From: a virus
Strand: one strand, 5' to 3'
IMG/VR virus record: IMGVR_UViG_3300025000_000061
Span: 87,783-151,782 of that record
Length of the DNA stretch: 64,000 bases
The translations under genes and the position numbers were made by a program. The notes beneath the pieces are model-generated. The model had not been told where the DNA came from. It saw only the letters and a list, made by a program, of their open reading frames with translations, and did no database searches. Of the stretch, positions 31,212 to 41,831 are shown one piece after another. Each line of letters starts with the position of its first letter. Within the stretch, counting starts at the first letter, position 1.

Positions 31212-31640
31212 ATGGCAAAATTACACAAATTAGAATTATATATCATAGATTACAATGATAATTATAAAAATTTAGAAGAAATAATACAGGATATAGATAA
31301 TTCTATAGATTGTAGTATTAATCATTTTAATGCACAAGAAGTAAAAATAAATTGGCATGATGAAATAGATTTAAATTATAGTAATTGCCCTGTTGATAAT
31401 TTTAGAAATTATTTTGAAGGAAATGAAAATATATTTAAAGAAGAAAAATGTATATACAAAGAAGAATTAATTGTAAATACTAAAGATTGGGCATGTGAAT
31501 TAATGAAAAATAATAGATGTTTTATTGGAGAATGGGATGATTTTTATTTAGGTGATAATAATTATTGGCATTTTGATGGTGAATGGTGCTGTGAATATTT
31601 TAATCCAGAAGCAGATTGTTGTAGACCAAAAAAAGAATAA
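31212..31640 (+). CDS. Hypothetical phage protein
   Basis: ORF with RBS. Confidence 0.75.
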   Translation: MAKLHKLELYIIDYNDNYKNLEEIIQDIDNSIDCSINHFNAQEVKINWHDEIDLNYSNCPVDNFRNYFEGNENIFKEEKCIYKEELIVNTKDWACELMKNNRCFIGEWDDFYLGDNNYWHFDGEWCCEYFNPEADCCRPKKE

Positions 31641-31664
31641 TATTATAAGAATAGAAAATAAATC

Positions 31665-31693
31665 TTGACATTTTATTAATAGAATGATAAAAT
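31665..31693 (+). promoter_or_regulatory. SigA-type promoter upstream of the RNR unit
   Basis: TTGACA-17-TAAAAT with extended TG. Confidence 0.75.
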
Positions 31694-31712
31694 AACATTA
31701 GTTTTAAAGGAG

Positions 31713-31898
31713 GTGATTATTATACCAGATATTTCGATGTGTGACAATGATAAATGTGAAAAATCATTAGATTGTCTTAGATTTTTAGCAGAACCAAGTA
31801 AATATCAGAGTTATATTTGTGGGATAGAAAGTATTTGTAATAAAGAAAATGGATTTGAGTATTTTTTAGAGGTAAAGAGGTTGAGTAAAGTTGTTTAG
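31713..31898 (+). CDS. Small Cys-rich phage protein (DISMC..C..C.RF)
   Basis: ORF; the GTG lies inside the SD so the real start may be ATT/ATA. Confidence 0.65.
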   Translation: MIIIPDISMCDNDKCEKSLDCLRFLAEPSKYQSYICGIESICNKENGFEYFLEVKRLSKVV

Positions 31899-31955
31899 GT
31901 AATAGGATAAATAGAATAATAAAATAAATATAAAATAAGGAGGGTTTTATTCAAA

Positions 31956-34268
31956 TTGAAAGTTATTAAAAGAAATGGAGCAATAATTGAATTTGATGAA
32001 AATAGAATTATTGATGCAATTGAAAATGCCATGAGAGAAACAAAGATTGGATTAGACATTGAGATAAGTAAATTAGTTGCTAAACAAATTAAAAACCAAA
32101 ATATAGATATTATTCAAGTTGAGAAAATACAAGATATGGTAGAAGAATTTCTTATGGATACAAATAGAAAAGATGTAGCAAAGAGATACATATTATATAG
32201 AGAAAATAGAAATAAAAAAAGAAAAGTTAATAAAAATTATAATGGATTATTAAGTGAAGAATTTATAAGTAAATATAAACATAAACCATCTCCAATGAAT
32301 CAATTAGGTAATTTTGTTTATTATAGAACTTATTCTAGATGGTTGCCAGAAGAACAAAGAAGAGAGTATTGGTGGGAAACTGTAAAAAGAGCAGTTGAAT
32401 ATAATTGTAGTCTTGTACCTACTACTAAAGAAGAAGCAGAAAAACTATATGATAATATATTTAATTTACGTCAATTTTTAAGTGGAAGAACATTTTGGGT
32501 TGGTGGCACAAAAGTAGCACAAAAATATCCATGTGCAAATTTTAATTGTGCATTTGTAATATTAGATAACATTAAAGCATTTGAAGAATTATTTTATTTA
32601 CTAATGGTTGGAACAGGAGTAGGAGTAAGAGTATTAAAATCAGATGTAAATAAATTACCAAGAATTAATAATAATATAGAAATTGTACATAAAGAATATA
32701 ATCCATTATCTAAAAATAAAAGAGAAGATAATACTTCACTAGAATTTAAAAAAGATATTGCAAAAATTATCATTGGTGATTCAAAAGAGGGTTGGAGTAG
32801 AGCATTATTTTATTATATGGATATATTAACCAATAATTATTATGAAAATATTAAATTAATTATTTTTGATTATGACAATGTAAGACCAAAAGGAGAAAGA
32901 TTAAAAACATTTGGAGGCACTGCTTCTGGACATGAAAGTATTAAAAATATGTTTAAAAAGATACATATAATTGTTTGTAATTCAAATAAAAAGTTAACTC
33001 CTTTAAATTGTTTAGATATTGCAAATATAATTGGAGAAAATGTAGTTGTTGGAGGAGTAAGGCGTACAGCAGAAAATGGTTTGATTGATCATAATGATGA
33101 TGAAGTAATAAATGCAAAAAATAATTTATATATACAATTAGATGGACAATGGATTGAAAATAAAGAAATATCTCATAGAAAAATGAGTAATAATTCAATA
33201 TTTTATACTGAAAAACCCACAAGAGAAAAATTACATTGGCAAATAGAAAAAATGAGATATTCAGGTGAACCTGCTTTTGCAAATGCTGTAGCAGCTTTAA
33301 TAAGAAGATTTGATTTCGAAGGACTTAATCCATGCTTTGAAATTTTGTTGAGATCAAGAGGATTATGCAATTTAATAACATTAAATGTATTTGCATTTGT
33401 TTATAATGGAATATTAAATGTGGAAGAATTATTAAAAGCACAAATATTATCAGTTAGAGCAGGTTATAGAATGACTTGTGTAAATTTAGAATTACATGAA
33501 TGGGACTTAGTACAAAAAGAAGATAGATTATTAGGTTGCTCATTAACTGGTTGGCAGGATATGGTCAATGCAACAAATATGACATTAGATAAGCAAAAAG
33601 AATTATTAAAAAAACTTAAAAATATTGCCATAGAAGAATCGAAAAAATACTCTGCACAATTAAATATGAAAGAACCATTATTAGTTACCACTGTGAAACC
33701 AGAAGGGACTTTGAGTTTATTACCAGGAGTATCAAGTGGGGTGCATTATTCTCATTCACCTTACTATATTAGAAGAATTCGTATCAATTCAAACGATCCT
33801 CTAGTAAAAGTTTGTGAAGAATTAGAATATCCAGTTTATTATGAAGATGGAGAAACAAAAGAAAATAATAATACTAAGGTAATAGAATTTCCTGTTAAAG
33901 CACCACAAGGAAAAACAAAATATGATGTATCTGCAATTGAACAATTAGAAATATATAAAATGTTTCAAGAATATTATGTTCAACACAATACCAGTATTAC
34001 AGTTCATGTAAGAGATTATGAATGGGATGATGTAGAACAATGGATATGGGATAATTGGGATAGTGTTATAGGAGTGTCCTTTATATCTTTAAATGATAGT
34101 TTTTATCCATTAATGCCATATGAAACAATCACAGAAGAAGAATATAATAAGAGAATTAAAGAAATGAATTTATTTATACCATCATTGCTTTCAAAATATG
34201 AAAAAGAAGAAGTTGAAATAGATATTGGTAATGAAGGTTGTGAATCAGGGGTTTGTCCAATTCGCTAA
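31956..34268 (+). CDS. nrdJ: Class II (AdoCbl-dependent) ribonucleoside-triphosphate reductase with N-terminal ATP cone
   Basis: KVIKRNG ATP cone, YYRTYSR, FNCAF, VVVGGVRR, NPCFEI, TVKPEGT, C-terminal GCESGVCPIR. Confidence 0.95.
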   Translation: MKVIKRNGAIIEFDENRIIDAIENAMRETKIGLDIEISKLVAKQIKNQNIDIIQVEKIQDMVEEFLMDTNRKDVAKRYILYRENRNKKRKVNKNYNGLLSEEFISKYKHKPSPMNQLGNFVYYRTYSRWLPEEQRREYWWETVKRAVEYNCSLVPTTKEEAEKLYDNIFNLRQFLSGRTFWVGGTKVAQKYPCANFNCAFVILDNIKAFEELFYLLMVGTGVGVRVLKSDVNKLPRINNNIEIVHKEYNPLSKNKREDNTSLEFKKDIAKIIIGDSKEGWSRALFYYMDILTNNYYENIKLIIFDYDNVRPKGERLKTFGGTASGHESIKNMFKKIHIIVCNSNKKLTPLNCLDIANIIGENVVVGGVRRTAENGLIDHNDDEVINAKNNLYIQLDGQWIENKEISHRKMSNNSIFYTEKPTREKLHWQIEKMRYSGEPAFANAVAALIRRFDFEGLNPCFEILLRSRGLCNLITLNVFAFVYNGILNVEELLKAQILSVRAGYRMTCVNLELHEWDLVQKEDRLLGCSLTGWQDMVNATNMTLDKQKELLKKLKNIAIEESKKYSAQLNMKEPLLVTTVKPEGTLSLLPGVSSGVHYSHSPYYIRRIRINSNDPLVKVCEELEYPVYYEDGETKENNNTKVIEFPVKAPQGKTKYDVSAIEQLEIYKMFQEYYVQHNTSITVHVRDYEWDDVEQWIWDNWDSVIGVSFISLNDSFYPLMPYETITEEEYNKRIKEMNLFIPSLLSKYEKEEVEIDIGNEGCESGVCPIR

Positions 34269-34308
34269 TAATAAAATAAAAAATAATAAAATAAGAAAGG
34301 AGAATAAT

Positions 34309-35235
34309 TTGTCAGCAAAAATCAAAATTAATATAGAAGAAGTAAAAAGGGAAATGTATAATATTAAAACAATTAAAAAACTTGGTGAAATATTTAATTG
34401 TGGTAGAAATTATATGAGTAAATATCTTTTACAGAATAATTTATACGAAGAATATTGTTCAATACACAACAAACAACCAAAAACTCAAAAAGAATATTGT
34501 ATTATTTGCAATTCAGACAATCAAGTGAATAAATATAAAGGAAAACCATATTGCAAAAAACATTTTAATCATATGGTTAGATATGGTGAGGTTGTAGAAA
34601 AAACTATATATGATAAGAATGATTATATCTTTGAAAATGATATTGTTAAAATTGTATTACGTGATAAATATCAAAATATAAATGGTTATTGTATTATTGA
34701 TAAAGAAGATTATGATAAAGTTAAAAACTATAAATGGTATAAATCATATGGTTATTGTAAGACAAAAAGTATCATTAAAGATAATGGAGTTTCCATACAT
34801 AATGTAATTATGGATAATTTAGAACATATTGATGAGATAATATATGATCACAGAAATAAAGATAGATTAAATAATAAAAAAGAAAATTTAAGATTAGCCA
34901 CACAACAAGAAAATACTATGAATATGGGAATGAAAAATACAAATACTAGTGGAGTTACTGGTGTTCAACAATATAATAGAGATTCAGAATCAAAATGGGA
35001 TGCAAAAATAACTTATAAATATAAACCTATTCATTTAGGTAGATACTTAGATTTTGATGAAGCAGTTATAGCAAGATTAGAAGGTGAAGCAAAATATTTT
35101 AAAGAATATTCACCTAATTTTAATAAAGATACAAATACTATCTGTTTAGATTATATATCATATGATAGTAAATTACATAGATACATAGAGATGTCATTAG
35201 ACGGTAAAATACTTATAGACAAAACTATAAAATAA
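34309..35235 (+). CDS. HNH/AP2-type homing endonuclease
   Basis: YCKKH, DHRNKDRLNN..NLR, NTSGVTGV, AP2-like tail; TTG 34309 behind AAGGAG. Confidence 0.85.
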   Translation: MSAKIKINIEEVKREMYNIKTIKKLGEIFNCGRNYMSKYLLQNNLYEEYCSIHNKQPKTQKEYCIICNSDNQVNKYKGKPYCKKHFNHMVRYGEVVEKTIYDKNDYIFENDIVKIVLRDKYQNINGYCIIDKEDYDKVKNYKWYKSYGYCKTKSIIKDNGVSIHNVIMDNLEHIDEIIYDHRNKDRLNNKKENLRLATQQENTMNMGMKNTNTSGVTGVQQYNRDSESKWDAKITYKYKPIHLGRYLDFDEAVIARLEGEAKYFKEYSPNFNKDTNTICLDYISYDSKLHRYIEMSLDGKILIDKTIK

Positions 35236-35273
35236 ATAAATAAATAAATAAAAACAAAAGGAGAATAAACTAC

Positions 35274-35759
35274 ATGAATAATAAAATTAACTGTACATTA
35301 GACGATCAAAATATAACTCTTCCCAAATATGAATCAATTTGTGCTTCAGGAATGGATTTAAGAGCATGGAAATATTCAATCCCTCATTTCTTAAAAGAAA
35401 CAAATGATTTCCCCGAACAAGGTCTTGATTTATATCCAGGTGATAGAATTTTAATTAAAACAGGATTACATATTGAATTTCCACCAAATACAGAAGCACA
35501 AATTAGACCGCGTTCTGGTTTAGCATTGAAAAACGGTATTTCAATCGTTAATTCTCCTGCCACAATTGACGAAGATTATCGTGGTGACATAGGAGTTATT
35601 CTTATTAATATGGGAGATGAACCATTTAATATTAAACAAGGCGATAGAATTGCTCAACTTGTATTCCAAGAAGTTAAAAAATATGATTTAAAAATTGTTG
35701 ATAAATTATCTGAAACGGTACGTGGTCAAGGTGGTTTTGGTTCTACTTTAATTAAATAA
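35274..35759 (+). CDS. dut: dUTPase (trimeric)
   Basis: SGMDL, RPRSGLA, IDEDYRG, GDRIAQL, RGQGGFGST. Confidence 0.97.
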   Translation: MNNKINCTLDDQNITLPKYESICASGMDLRAWKYSIPHFLKETNDFPEQGLDLYPGDRILIKTGLHIEFPPNTEAQIRPRSGLALKNGISIVNSPATIDEDYRGDIGVILINMGDEPFNIKQGDRIAQLVFQEVKKYDLKIVDKLSETVRGQGGFGSTLIK

Positions 35760-35773
35760 TTAGATTAATAAAG

Positions 35774-35813
35774 TTTAGCAGAGGTAAACATAAATTAAAA
35801 AACCTCTGCTAAA
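35774..35813 (+). terminator. Hairpin terminator after dut
   Basis: 12-bp IR TTTAGCAGAGGT/ACCTCTGCTAAA. Confidence 0.65.
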
Positions 35814-35871
35814 TTACAATAATCACTAACATTAAACAATAATAAATACAAAGAAAAATGGAAATAATATC

Positions 35872-35900
35872 TTGACAAAATATAAAAATAAATGTAAAAT
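35872..35900 (+). promoter_or_regulatory. SigA-type promoter
   Basis: TTGACA-17-TAAAAT. Confidence 0.75.
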
Positions 35901-35927
35901 ATAAACACAAGAAAGGACAAACTTTAA

Positions 35928-36194
35928 ATGGAAGAAAAAGAATCAAATATTTTAAACAATCAAAATAAGCCCAAAGAATTCAAATGTATCAAAGAGAAAT
36001 GTTTTTTATATTTTAATAGTGACGATTACTATGAAGTTTGTCAATTAATCAGTAAATATGTGTTATTAGACAAATGTTATGGTATTAAAGAAATACCTAA
36101 TAAAAAAGAAGAAGTAGCATGTAAAATTGCAAATTTAATAAAAGAATTAGACTGTCTTAATGAATTAGAAGAATTAATTAGGATCAATCAATAA
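35928..36194 (+). CDS. Hypothetical protein
   Basis: ORF with RBS. Confidence 0.7.
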   Translation: MEEKESNILNNQNKPKEFKCIKEKCFLYFNSDDYYEVCQLISKYVLLDKCYGIKEIPNKKEEVACKIANLIKELDCLNELEELIRINQ

Positions 36195-36242
36195 TAAAAT
36201 AATAATATAAAATAAAAAATATAAAAAGGGGGATACTGATAC

Positions 36243-36923
36243 ATGATAACTACAAAAACAACTAAAGAAAACTTCATTAAAAACCTAATCAATAAATTAA
36301 ATAGTGAGAATGAAGATAGAATCCATCACAATAAAAAACCAATTGATGTATGCTATATAGTATCAGTAATTGACCAACAAATAGAAAAATGTAAAGAATT
36401 TATAGACGATATTACTAAGCATACATATCACATTAACGGTTATGATGAAGATAATTCTGGAGGTTATACAAATGGTAAAATTAAAATATTAATTGAAAAA
36501 TCAGACGAAGAAAAAGAATCAGAACATTGGGCAGATGCGTATTATAATTATTGCTATTATATAGAATTCCTATATGATGAAAGACATTGGGGATATTGTG
36601 AATGTACTCCTGAAGATGAAGGATACAATGAAAAACATCAATGTTGTGGAAATGGCTGTGATTGGAATTCCCCTGCTTTTAGAATAGAAAAAATAACCGA
36701 TTTAAATTATTGCACATGGGATGGTTTAGAAAAAGATTATTGGGAATATCAAGAAAATTTCGATTTAAATGAAAAAAATAAAAATAAAGAAGTAGAAAAA
36801 TTTAAATTAGAGCAAGAAAAACAATATTTAAGAGATAGGATTAAAGAATTACAAGATGAATTAGATAGATTAGATAATAAAGAAAAGCAAAAAGAATATG
36901 GTAATTTAACAATAGTAAAATAA
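36243..36923 (+). CDS. Hypothetical Cys-motif phage protein
   Basis: GYCEC..CCGNGCDW, coiled-coil tail. Confidence 0.75.
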   Translation: MITTKTTKENFIKNLINKLNSENEDRIHHNKKPIDVCYIVSVIDQQIEKCKEFIDDITKHTYHINGYDEDNSGGYTNGKIKILIEKSDEEKESEHWADAYYNYCYYIEFLYDERHWGYCECTPEDEGYNEKHQCCGNGCDWNSPAFRIEKITDLNYCTWDGLEKDYWEYQENFDLNEKNKNKEVEKFKLEQEKQYLRDRIKELQDELDRLDNKEKQKEYGNLTIVK

Positions 36924-36954
36924 TAATAGAGAAAAAACAAAGGAGAAATTATAT

Positions 36955-37695
36955 ATGTCACAATTAATCGAAACAAATACCATTAATCCTCATATTGCTA
37001 TTCAAAATCCAGAAAACATTTGCTTTAATTGTCTTCAAGAAGGAAATGTACACATAATTCATATTCCTGCACTTAATCATGGTGGTAAATTTCAATTATT
37101 TTCATCTCGTCTGCAACTCTGCCCGACATGCTACAATCTCACAAATCCTATATGGTGGAAGTTAGAAATCATAAAATCATATTCAGAATATAATATGTTG
37201 CAATTGAATTACAAATATGAATCAGAAATATTAAATTTTATAAATCAAATGCCATTAGCAGGACAGGAATTATTCTATGCTAGATATGGAAATGGTATAA
37301 ATTGCGATTTAATGCAAGGTCAAGATTGGATAGATTGTGCGTTAGATAAACTACCACATGAGAAATGTAAAGAGTATGGTTATTACTCTCTAGAAGAAAG
37401 AAAAGCATATTATGATAAATTTCATATATGCGATAAAGTTAGAATTGTTGTTAAAGATAAAGATAATTATAAAGAATCAAGATGTCCATTTGGTGCATTT
37501 GGTAATGATGATGGAACTTCCGAAGGTCATAAACCACATCATCAATGTTATGAATGTCAAATGTTTGAAACTAGAGATAGTGAAAGTGAGATAAAAGTTA
37601 TGGATAAAGAAGATTTTGAGATATATGAGTTAGAAAATAAGTTAGCATTGAAAATATTACTAAAAAAAAGAGAGGTAGATAAATTATATGACTAA
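36955..37695 (+). CDS. Hypothetical Cys-rich phage protein
   Basis: CFNC, LCPTC, CPFGAFG, CYEC. Confidence 0.75.
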   Translation: MSQLIETNTINPHIAIQNPENICFNCLQEGNVHIIHIPALNHGGKFQLFSSRLQLCPTCYNLTNPIWWKLEIIKSYSEYNMLQLNYKYESEILNFINQMPLAGQELFYARYGNGINCDLMQGQDWIDCALDKLPHEKCKEYGYYSLEERKAYYDKFHICDKVRIVVKDKDNYKESRCPFGAFGNDDGTSEGHKPHHQCYECQMFETRDSESEIKVMDKEDFEIYELENKLALKILLKKREVDKLYD

Positions 37696-37888
37696 ATTTG
37701 AAAAATATATGAACATTCTTTTTAAAACATGTGGAAGTATATTTTTACTTTATACTATATTATATTTATTAAATTATTATCAACCAAGTAAAATAAGCAT
37801 AGCATTTCATATGTTTATCATCGGAGTATTTTGTTTATTAGCAAAATTTACAAACAATAAGAAAAATAAAAAGGAGGAGAATATTTAA
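37688..37888 (+). CDS. Small membrane protein
   Basis: Two hydrophobic segments. Confidence 0.65.
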   Translation: MTKFEKYMNILFKTCGSIFLLYTILYLLNYYQPSKISIAFHMFIIGVFCLLAKFTNNKKNKKEENI

Positions 37889-37889
37889 T

Positions 37890-38168
37890 ATGATTAAAGT
37901 AATTGAAACCAATTTGTCTATAGATAATAATGACAATATAGCAGATCATCAATCAAGAGTAATCGAGATAGAAAGTTGGGATAGTTTCATTGAAGAAATA
38001 AAAGAATGTAAAACAGTAATTAGAAATTCAATCTTAGGTTGCATGAGTGGTTGCACAATACCTAGAGAATCAAAAGTAGAAAATCTTAAATATGATGATA
38101 GAACATTGTCATGTGATGTTTATAATTATATAGGTATGAAAACAAAGAAATTAGTTTATAGAATTTAA
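37890..38168 (+). CDS. Hypothetical protein
   Basis: AGGAGG RBS. Confidence 0.7.
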   Translation: MIKVIETNLSIDNNDNIADHQSRVIEIESWDSFIEEIKECKTVIRNSILGCMSGCTIPRESKVENLKYDDRTLSCDVYNYIGMKTKKLVYRI

Positions 38169-38202
38169 TTAATAAAACAATAAAATAAAAGGAGAATAAA
38201 AC

Positions 38203-38751
38203 ATGAATAAAATAATGATACTCAAAGCAAATAGTCAAGCAATACATATGTTAGGTGATATCAGTAGAGAAAATGATGAACATATCAGAGTGCATGAAGA
38301 AACAGAAACACACTACATAGGCAACTTCGAAGAGGGATTAGGATTTATAAATATTGAGTTTAGAAAAGAAGATTGTAGACCATTAACTGAAGAAGAGAGA
38401 AAAGAATTAAATGGTAAATGGTATAGTATTAATGGTACTCCTTTATATAAAATTTATGTTGACGAACAAGGTGATATTATAAAAGGTAAATGTATAATGA
38501 AGAAAGGTATCATTAATAAGATTACTGATTCTGAAGGTGATAATAAACATTCTGATTGGATTGGATTTAATATAGAATTTCCAGAAGATATTGAAATAGG
38601 AGTAAGTATGATTATGTTTACTGAAAATGTTGGTTATATTACAACATCTAAAGTTACTAATGTAGAGATTATTGATAATGATTATATAATTTATACAAAG
38701 AATAGTATTTATTATATATCATTACAAAGTTTAAACTTTGTAATCATTTAA
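38203..38751 (+). CDS. Hypothetical protein
   Basis: ORF with RBS; C-terminal TS.V...TKNSIY. Confidence 0.75.
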   Translation: MNKIMILKANSQAIHMLGDISRENDEHIRVHEETETHYIGNFEEGLGFINIEFRKEDCRPLTEEERKELNGKWYSINGTPLYKIYVDEQGDIIKGKCIMKKGIINKITDSEGDNKHSDWIGFNIEFPEDIEIGVSMIMFTENVGYITTSKVTNVEIIDNDYIIYTKNSIYYISLQSLNFVII

Positions 38752-38786
38752 AAAACTAATATAATTATAAAAGGAGGTAAATAGTT

Positions 38787-39647
38787 ATTCAATTTAATAA
38801 AGAAAACTTAATAAAATCTCCACTTAATTATGTCGGAGGCAAGTTTAAATTACTTCCTCAAATTCTACCACTATTTCCTGATAATATAGATACATTTATT
38901 GATTTATTTTGTGGTGGAGCAAATGTAGCAGTTAATGTAAAAGCAAATAAAATTATATGTAATGATATTCTTACTGAAGTAATGGTATTTTATTGTGTAT
39001 GTGAAACATTCCCTCTAAAATACATAATCAACCAAACAGAATCAGTAATAGAAGAATTTAATTTATCAAAAGATAATCAAGAAGGTTATCTAAAATTAAG
39101 AAAACATTATAACGAAGGAGATAAAAATTGGAAATATTTTTATACTCTTGTGGCACATTCATTTAGTAATCAAATTAGATTTAATAATAGAAAAGAATTT
39201 AACATGCCATTTGGCAAAAGAACATTTAATTCTGTCATGAAAGATAATTTAATTAAATTTGTAGAGAGTATAAAAAATAAAAATATTGAATTTGCAAATT
39301 TAGATTTTAAAGAATTTAACATTAATGAATTAACCAAAAATGATTTTATATTTTGTGATCCTCCATACCTAATAACTTGTGCTTCATATAATGAAAATGG
39401 TGGATGGAAAGAAAAAGATGAAATAGACTTATTAAATCTACTTGATAAATTGTATGATAAGGGTATTAGATTTGCACTTTCTAATGTGCTTGAAAGTAAA
39501 GGTAATAGCAATGACATATTGAAAAAGTGGGTTAAAGACAAGGGATATAATATACATAAATTGAATGTAAAGTATGGCAACGCAAATTATCAACGGAAAG
39601 ATAAAAGTGATAGTACGACATTAGAAGTATTGATTACTAATTATTAA
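38787..39647 (+). CDS. dam: DNA adenine methyltransferase (D12/Dam class); probable ATT start
   Basis: Upstream in-frame extension supplies KSPLNYVGGK and DLFCGG motif I; DPPY at the C-terminus. Confidence 0.9.
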   Translation: MQFNKENLIKSPLNYVGGKFKLLPQILPLFPDNIDTFIDLFCGGANVAVNVKANKIICNDILTEVMVFYCVCETFPLKYIINQTESVIEEFNLSKDNQEGYLKLRKHYNEGDKNWKYFYTLVAHSFSNQIRFNNRKEFNMPFGKRTFNSVMKDNLIKFVESIKNKNIEFANLDFKEFNINELTKNDFIFCDPPYLITCASYNENGGWKEKDEIDLLNLLDKLYDKGIRFALSNVLESKGNSNDILKKWVKDKGYNIHKLNVKYGNANYQRKDKSDSTTLEVLITNY

Positions 39648-39671
39648 AATAAAATATAGGAGGAAAATAAA

Positions 39672-40898
39672 ACGAATATTGCAATTATAGATGCGGATTT
39701 AATAGGGAGAAAGAAACATAGATTTCCTAATTTAGCATGTATGAAATTAAGTGGTTATTATAAAGAACAAGGACATAGAGTAAAATTAATTACTGATTAT
39801 AGAAATTTATTTTCAGAATATATAGTATCACCACAAGAACAAGAACCTAATTTTAATTTCTTAATGCTTGATGATATTAATGGAAAGAAAAATGTAAGAT
39901 ACTATAGAGAACAAGATATTATATTTGATAAAATCATCATTAGTAAAGTATTCACAGATACACCAATCCCATTACAAATTAAACATTTAGATATATGTGA
40001 ATATGGTGGCACAGGGTTTTACTATGATAAAGCAGAACCTTTACCTGATTATATAGAACATCATAAACCAGATTATAATCTATATGATGAATGGGTAAAT
40101 GAACAAATTAATAATGGTGGTAAAAAATTAAATTATAAATATTATCTTGATTATTCGATTGGATTCACCAGTAGAGGTTGTTTTCGTAAATGTCCATTTT
40201 GTGTTAATAAAAACTATGATAAAGTAATATTGCACAGTCCCATTGAAGAATTTATTGATCAAGATAGAAAATACATATGTTTATTAGATGATAATATTTT
40301 AGGTTATGGTCAATGGAAATCAATATTTGACTCACTTCAAAAAACAGGTAAAAGGTTTGAATACAAACAAGGTATGGATTTAAGATTAATCACTGAAGAA
40401 AAAGCAAAGATACTTACAGAAAGTAAATATATTGGTAAATACATATTTGCATTTGATAATATTAATGATAAAGAATCCATTGAAGAAAAATTAAAATTAT
40501 GGAAAAAATATTGTATTATAGACCAAAAAACTAAATTATATGTATTCTGTGGATTTGACAGAAATGATAAATGGGATTATAGTTTTTGGGTTCAAGATAT
40601 CAAAGATACTTTTGAACGTATAAAAATACTTATGAAATACGGTTGTTTACCATACATAATGAGATTTAATAGATATGGGGAAAGTCCATATAAAGGTACA
40701 TACATAAATATTGCAAGATGGTGTAATCAACCTAATTTTTATACTAAAAAAAATTATAGAGAGTTTTGTTTTGCTAATGGTGAAAATAGTTCTACTGTTA
40801 AATATCTTAATGAATTAGAAGAAAATCATTCAGATATAGCAAAAGAATATTTTGATTTAAGGTTTGATGATTTAAATCAATATAAAGTAGTAAAATAA
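39672..40898 (+). CDS. Phage radical SAM protein; probable ACG start
   Basis: CFRKCPFC; N-terminal IIDAD..FPNLACMKLS; in-frame TAG at 39657. Confidence 0.85.
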   Translation, partial: TNIAIIDADLIGRKKHRFPNLACMKLSGYYKEQGHRVKLITDYRNLFSEYIVSPQEQEPNFNFLMLDDINGKKNVRYYREQDIIFDKIIISKVFTDTPIPLQIKHLDICEYGGTGFYYDKAEPLPDYIEHHKPDYNLYDEWVNEQINNGGKKLNYKYYLDYSIGFTSRGCFRKCPFCVNKNYDKVILHSPIEEFIDQDRKYICLLDDNILGYGQWKSIFDSLQKTGKRFEYKQGMDLRLITEEKAKILTESKYIGKYIFAFDNINDKESIEEKLKLWKKYCIIDQKTKLYVFCGFDRNDKWDYSFWVQDIKDTFERIKILMKYGCLPYIMRFNRYGESPYKGTYINIARWCNQPNFYTKKNYREFCFANGENSSTVKYLNELEENHSDIAKEYFDLRFDDLNQYKVVK

Positions 40899-40944
40899 AA
40901 ATATTACAAATATAATGTTAAATATTCAAATATTACAATTTCAG

Positions 40945-41008
40945 AAACCCAGTAATATCAAGGGCTTCTGAATATCAAAATCATAATAAATTATAGGTTT
41001 TATCTTAA
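40945..41008. repeat. Composite element: 23-bp box + 11-6-11 site
   Basis: AAACCCAGTAATATCAAGGGCTT, 13 nt, TCATAATAAAT TATAGG TTTTATCTTAA. Confidence 0.7.
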
Positions 41009-41028
41009 CCTAGAAAGGATAAAAATTA

Positions 41029-41167
41029 ATGAAAATTATATGCATTCATTATACAAAAAAAACAAGTTAAATGTTTAACTAGTGATGAAAAATGTAATTG
41101 TGATTTAGGATTAAAATGCCCTAAAGAATTTCAATGCCCACAATATGAAACAAATACAAAAAAGTAA
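41029..41167 (+). pseudogene. Small Cys-rich ORF frameshifted in an A8 run
   Basis: Removing one A at 41055-41062 gives a 45-aa ORF. Confidence 0.45.
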
Positions 41168-41227
41168 AAAGAAGAATTCACATGTTTTGATTATAAATTA
41201 TTAATATAATAAAGGAGAGATATACAT

Positions 41228-41782
41228 ATGACTTTAGTAGTAAACTTTTTTGCTGGAAGTGGTGCAGGAAAATCAACAATGTCAACTGGTGTGTTTTCTG
41301 AATTAAAATGGATGGGTATTAATTCCGAGTATGTTGCTGAGTGGGTTAAGATGATGGTTTGGGAAGAACGTACAGCACCTTTTCAAAATCAAAACTACAT
41401 ATTCGGTAAACAACATTATAATATTCAACGTCTAGTAGATAAAGTAGATGTAGTAATCACAGATTCACCTATTATATTATCTGCATTTTATAATAATAAA
41501 ACAGAAGAAAACGAAATATTTAATCAACACATATTAAATGAATTCAATAAGTTTAATAATGTTAATTATTTTATTGATAGAGTTAAACCTTTTAACCCCA
41601 AAGGTAGATTTCAAAATGAACAAGAGGCAAAACAAGATGATATAGAGTTAAAAGAATTATTAAATACATATGAAGTAAAATTTCAAATTGTTAAAGGAAT
41701 AAAAGAGAATGTTGAAATAATTGCAAATCAAATTAAAAATATGATTAATGCTCAGAAACAAGGTATTGCTTGGAGAAGTTAA
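41228..41782 (+). CDS. NadR/AAA_28-type P-loop kinase
   Basis: AGSGAGKST, EWVK, ITDSP, GRFQ. Confidence 0.8.
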   Translation: MTLVVNFFAGSGAGKSTMSTGVFSELKWMGINSEYVAEWVKMMVWEERTAPFQNQNYIFGKQHYNIQRLVDKVDVVITDSPIILSAFYNNKTEENEIFNQHILNEFNKFNNVNYFIDRVKPFNPKGRFQNEQEAKQDDIELKELLNTYEVKFQIVKGIKENVEIIANQIKNMINAQKQGIAWRS

Positions 41783-41831
41783 AAAGTTAACAAATAAAAT
41801 TAATAAAAAATAAAAGGAGATAAAAATAAAC

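Noticed and set aside
13716-34268. Introns/inteins in dnaE, recD2 or nrdJ as in some SPbeta-like phages
   Set aside because: ORFs are continuous, of normal length, with no intein splice motifs seen.
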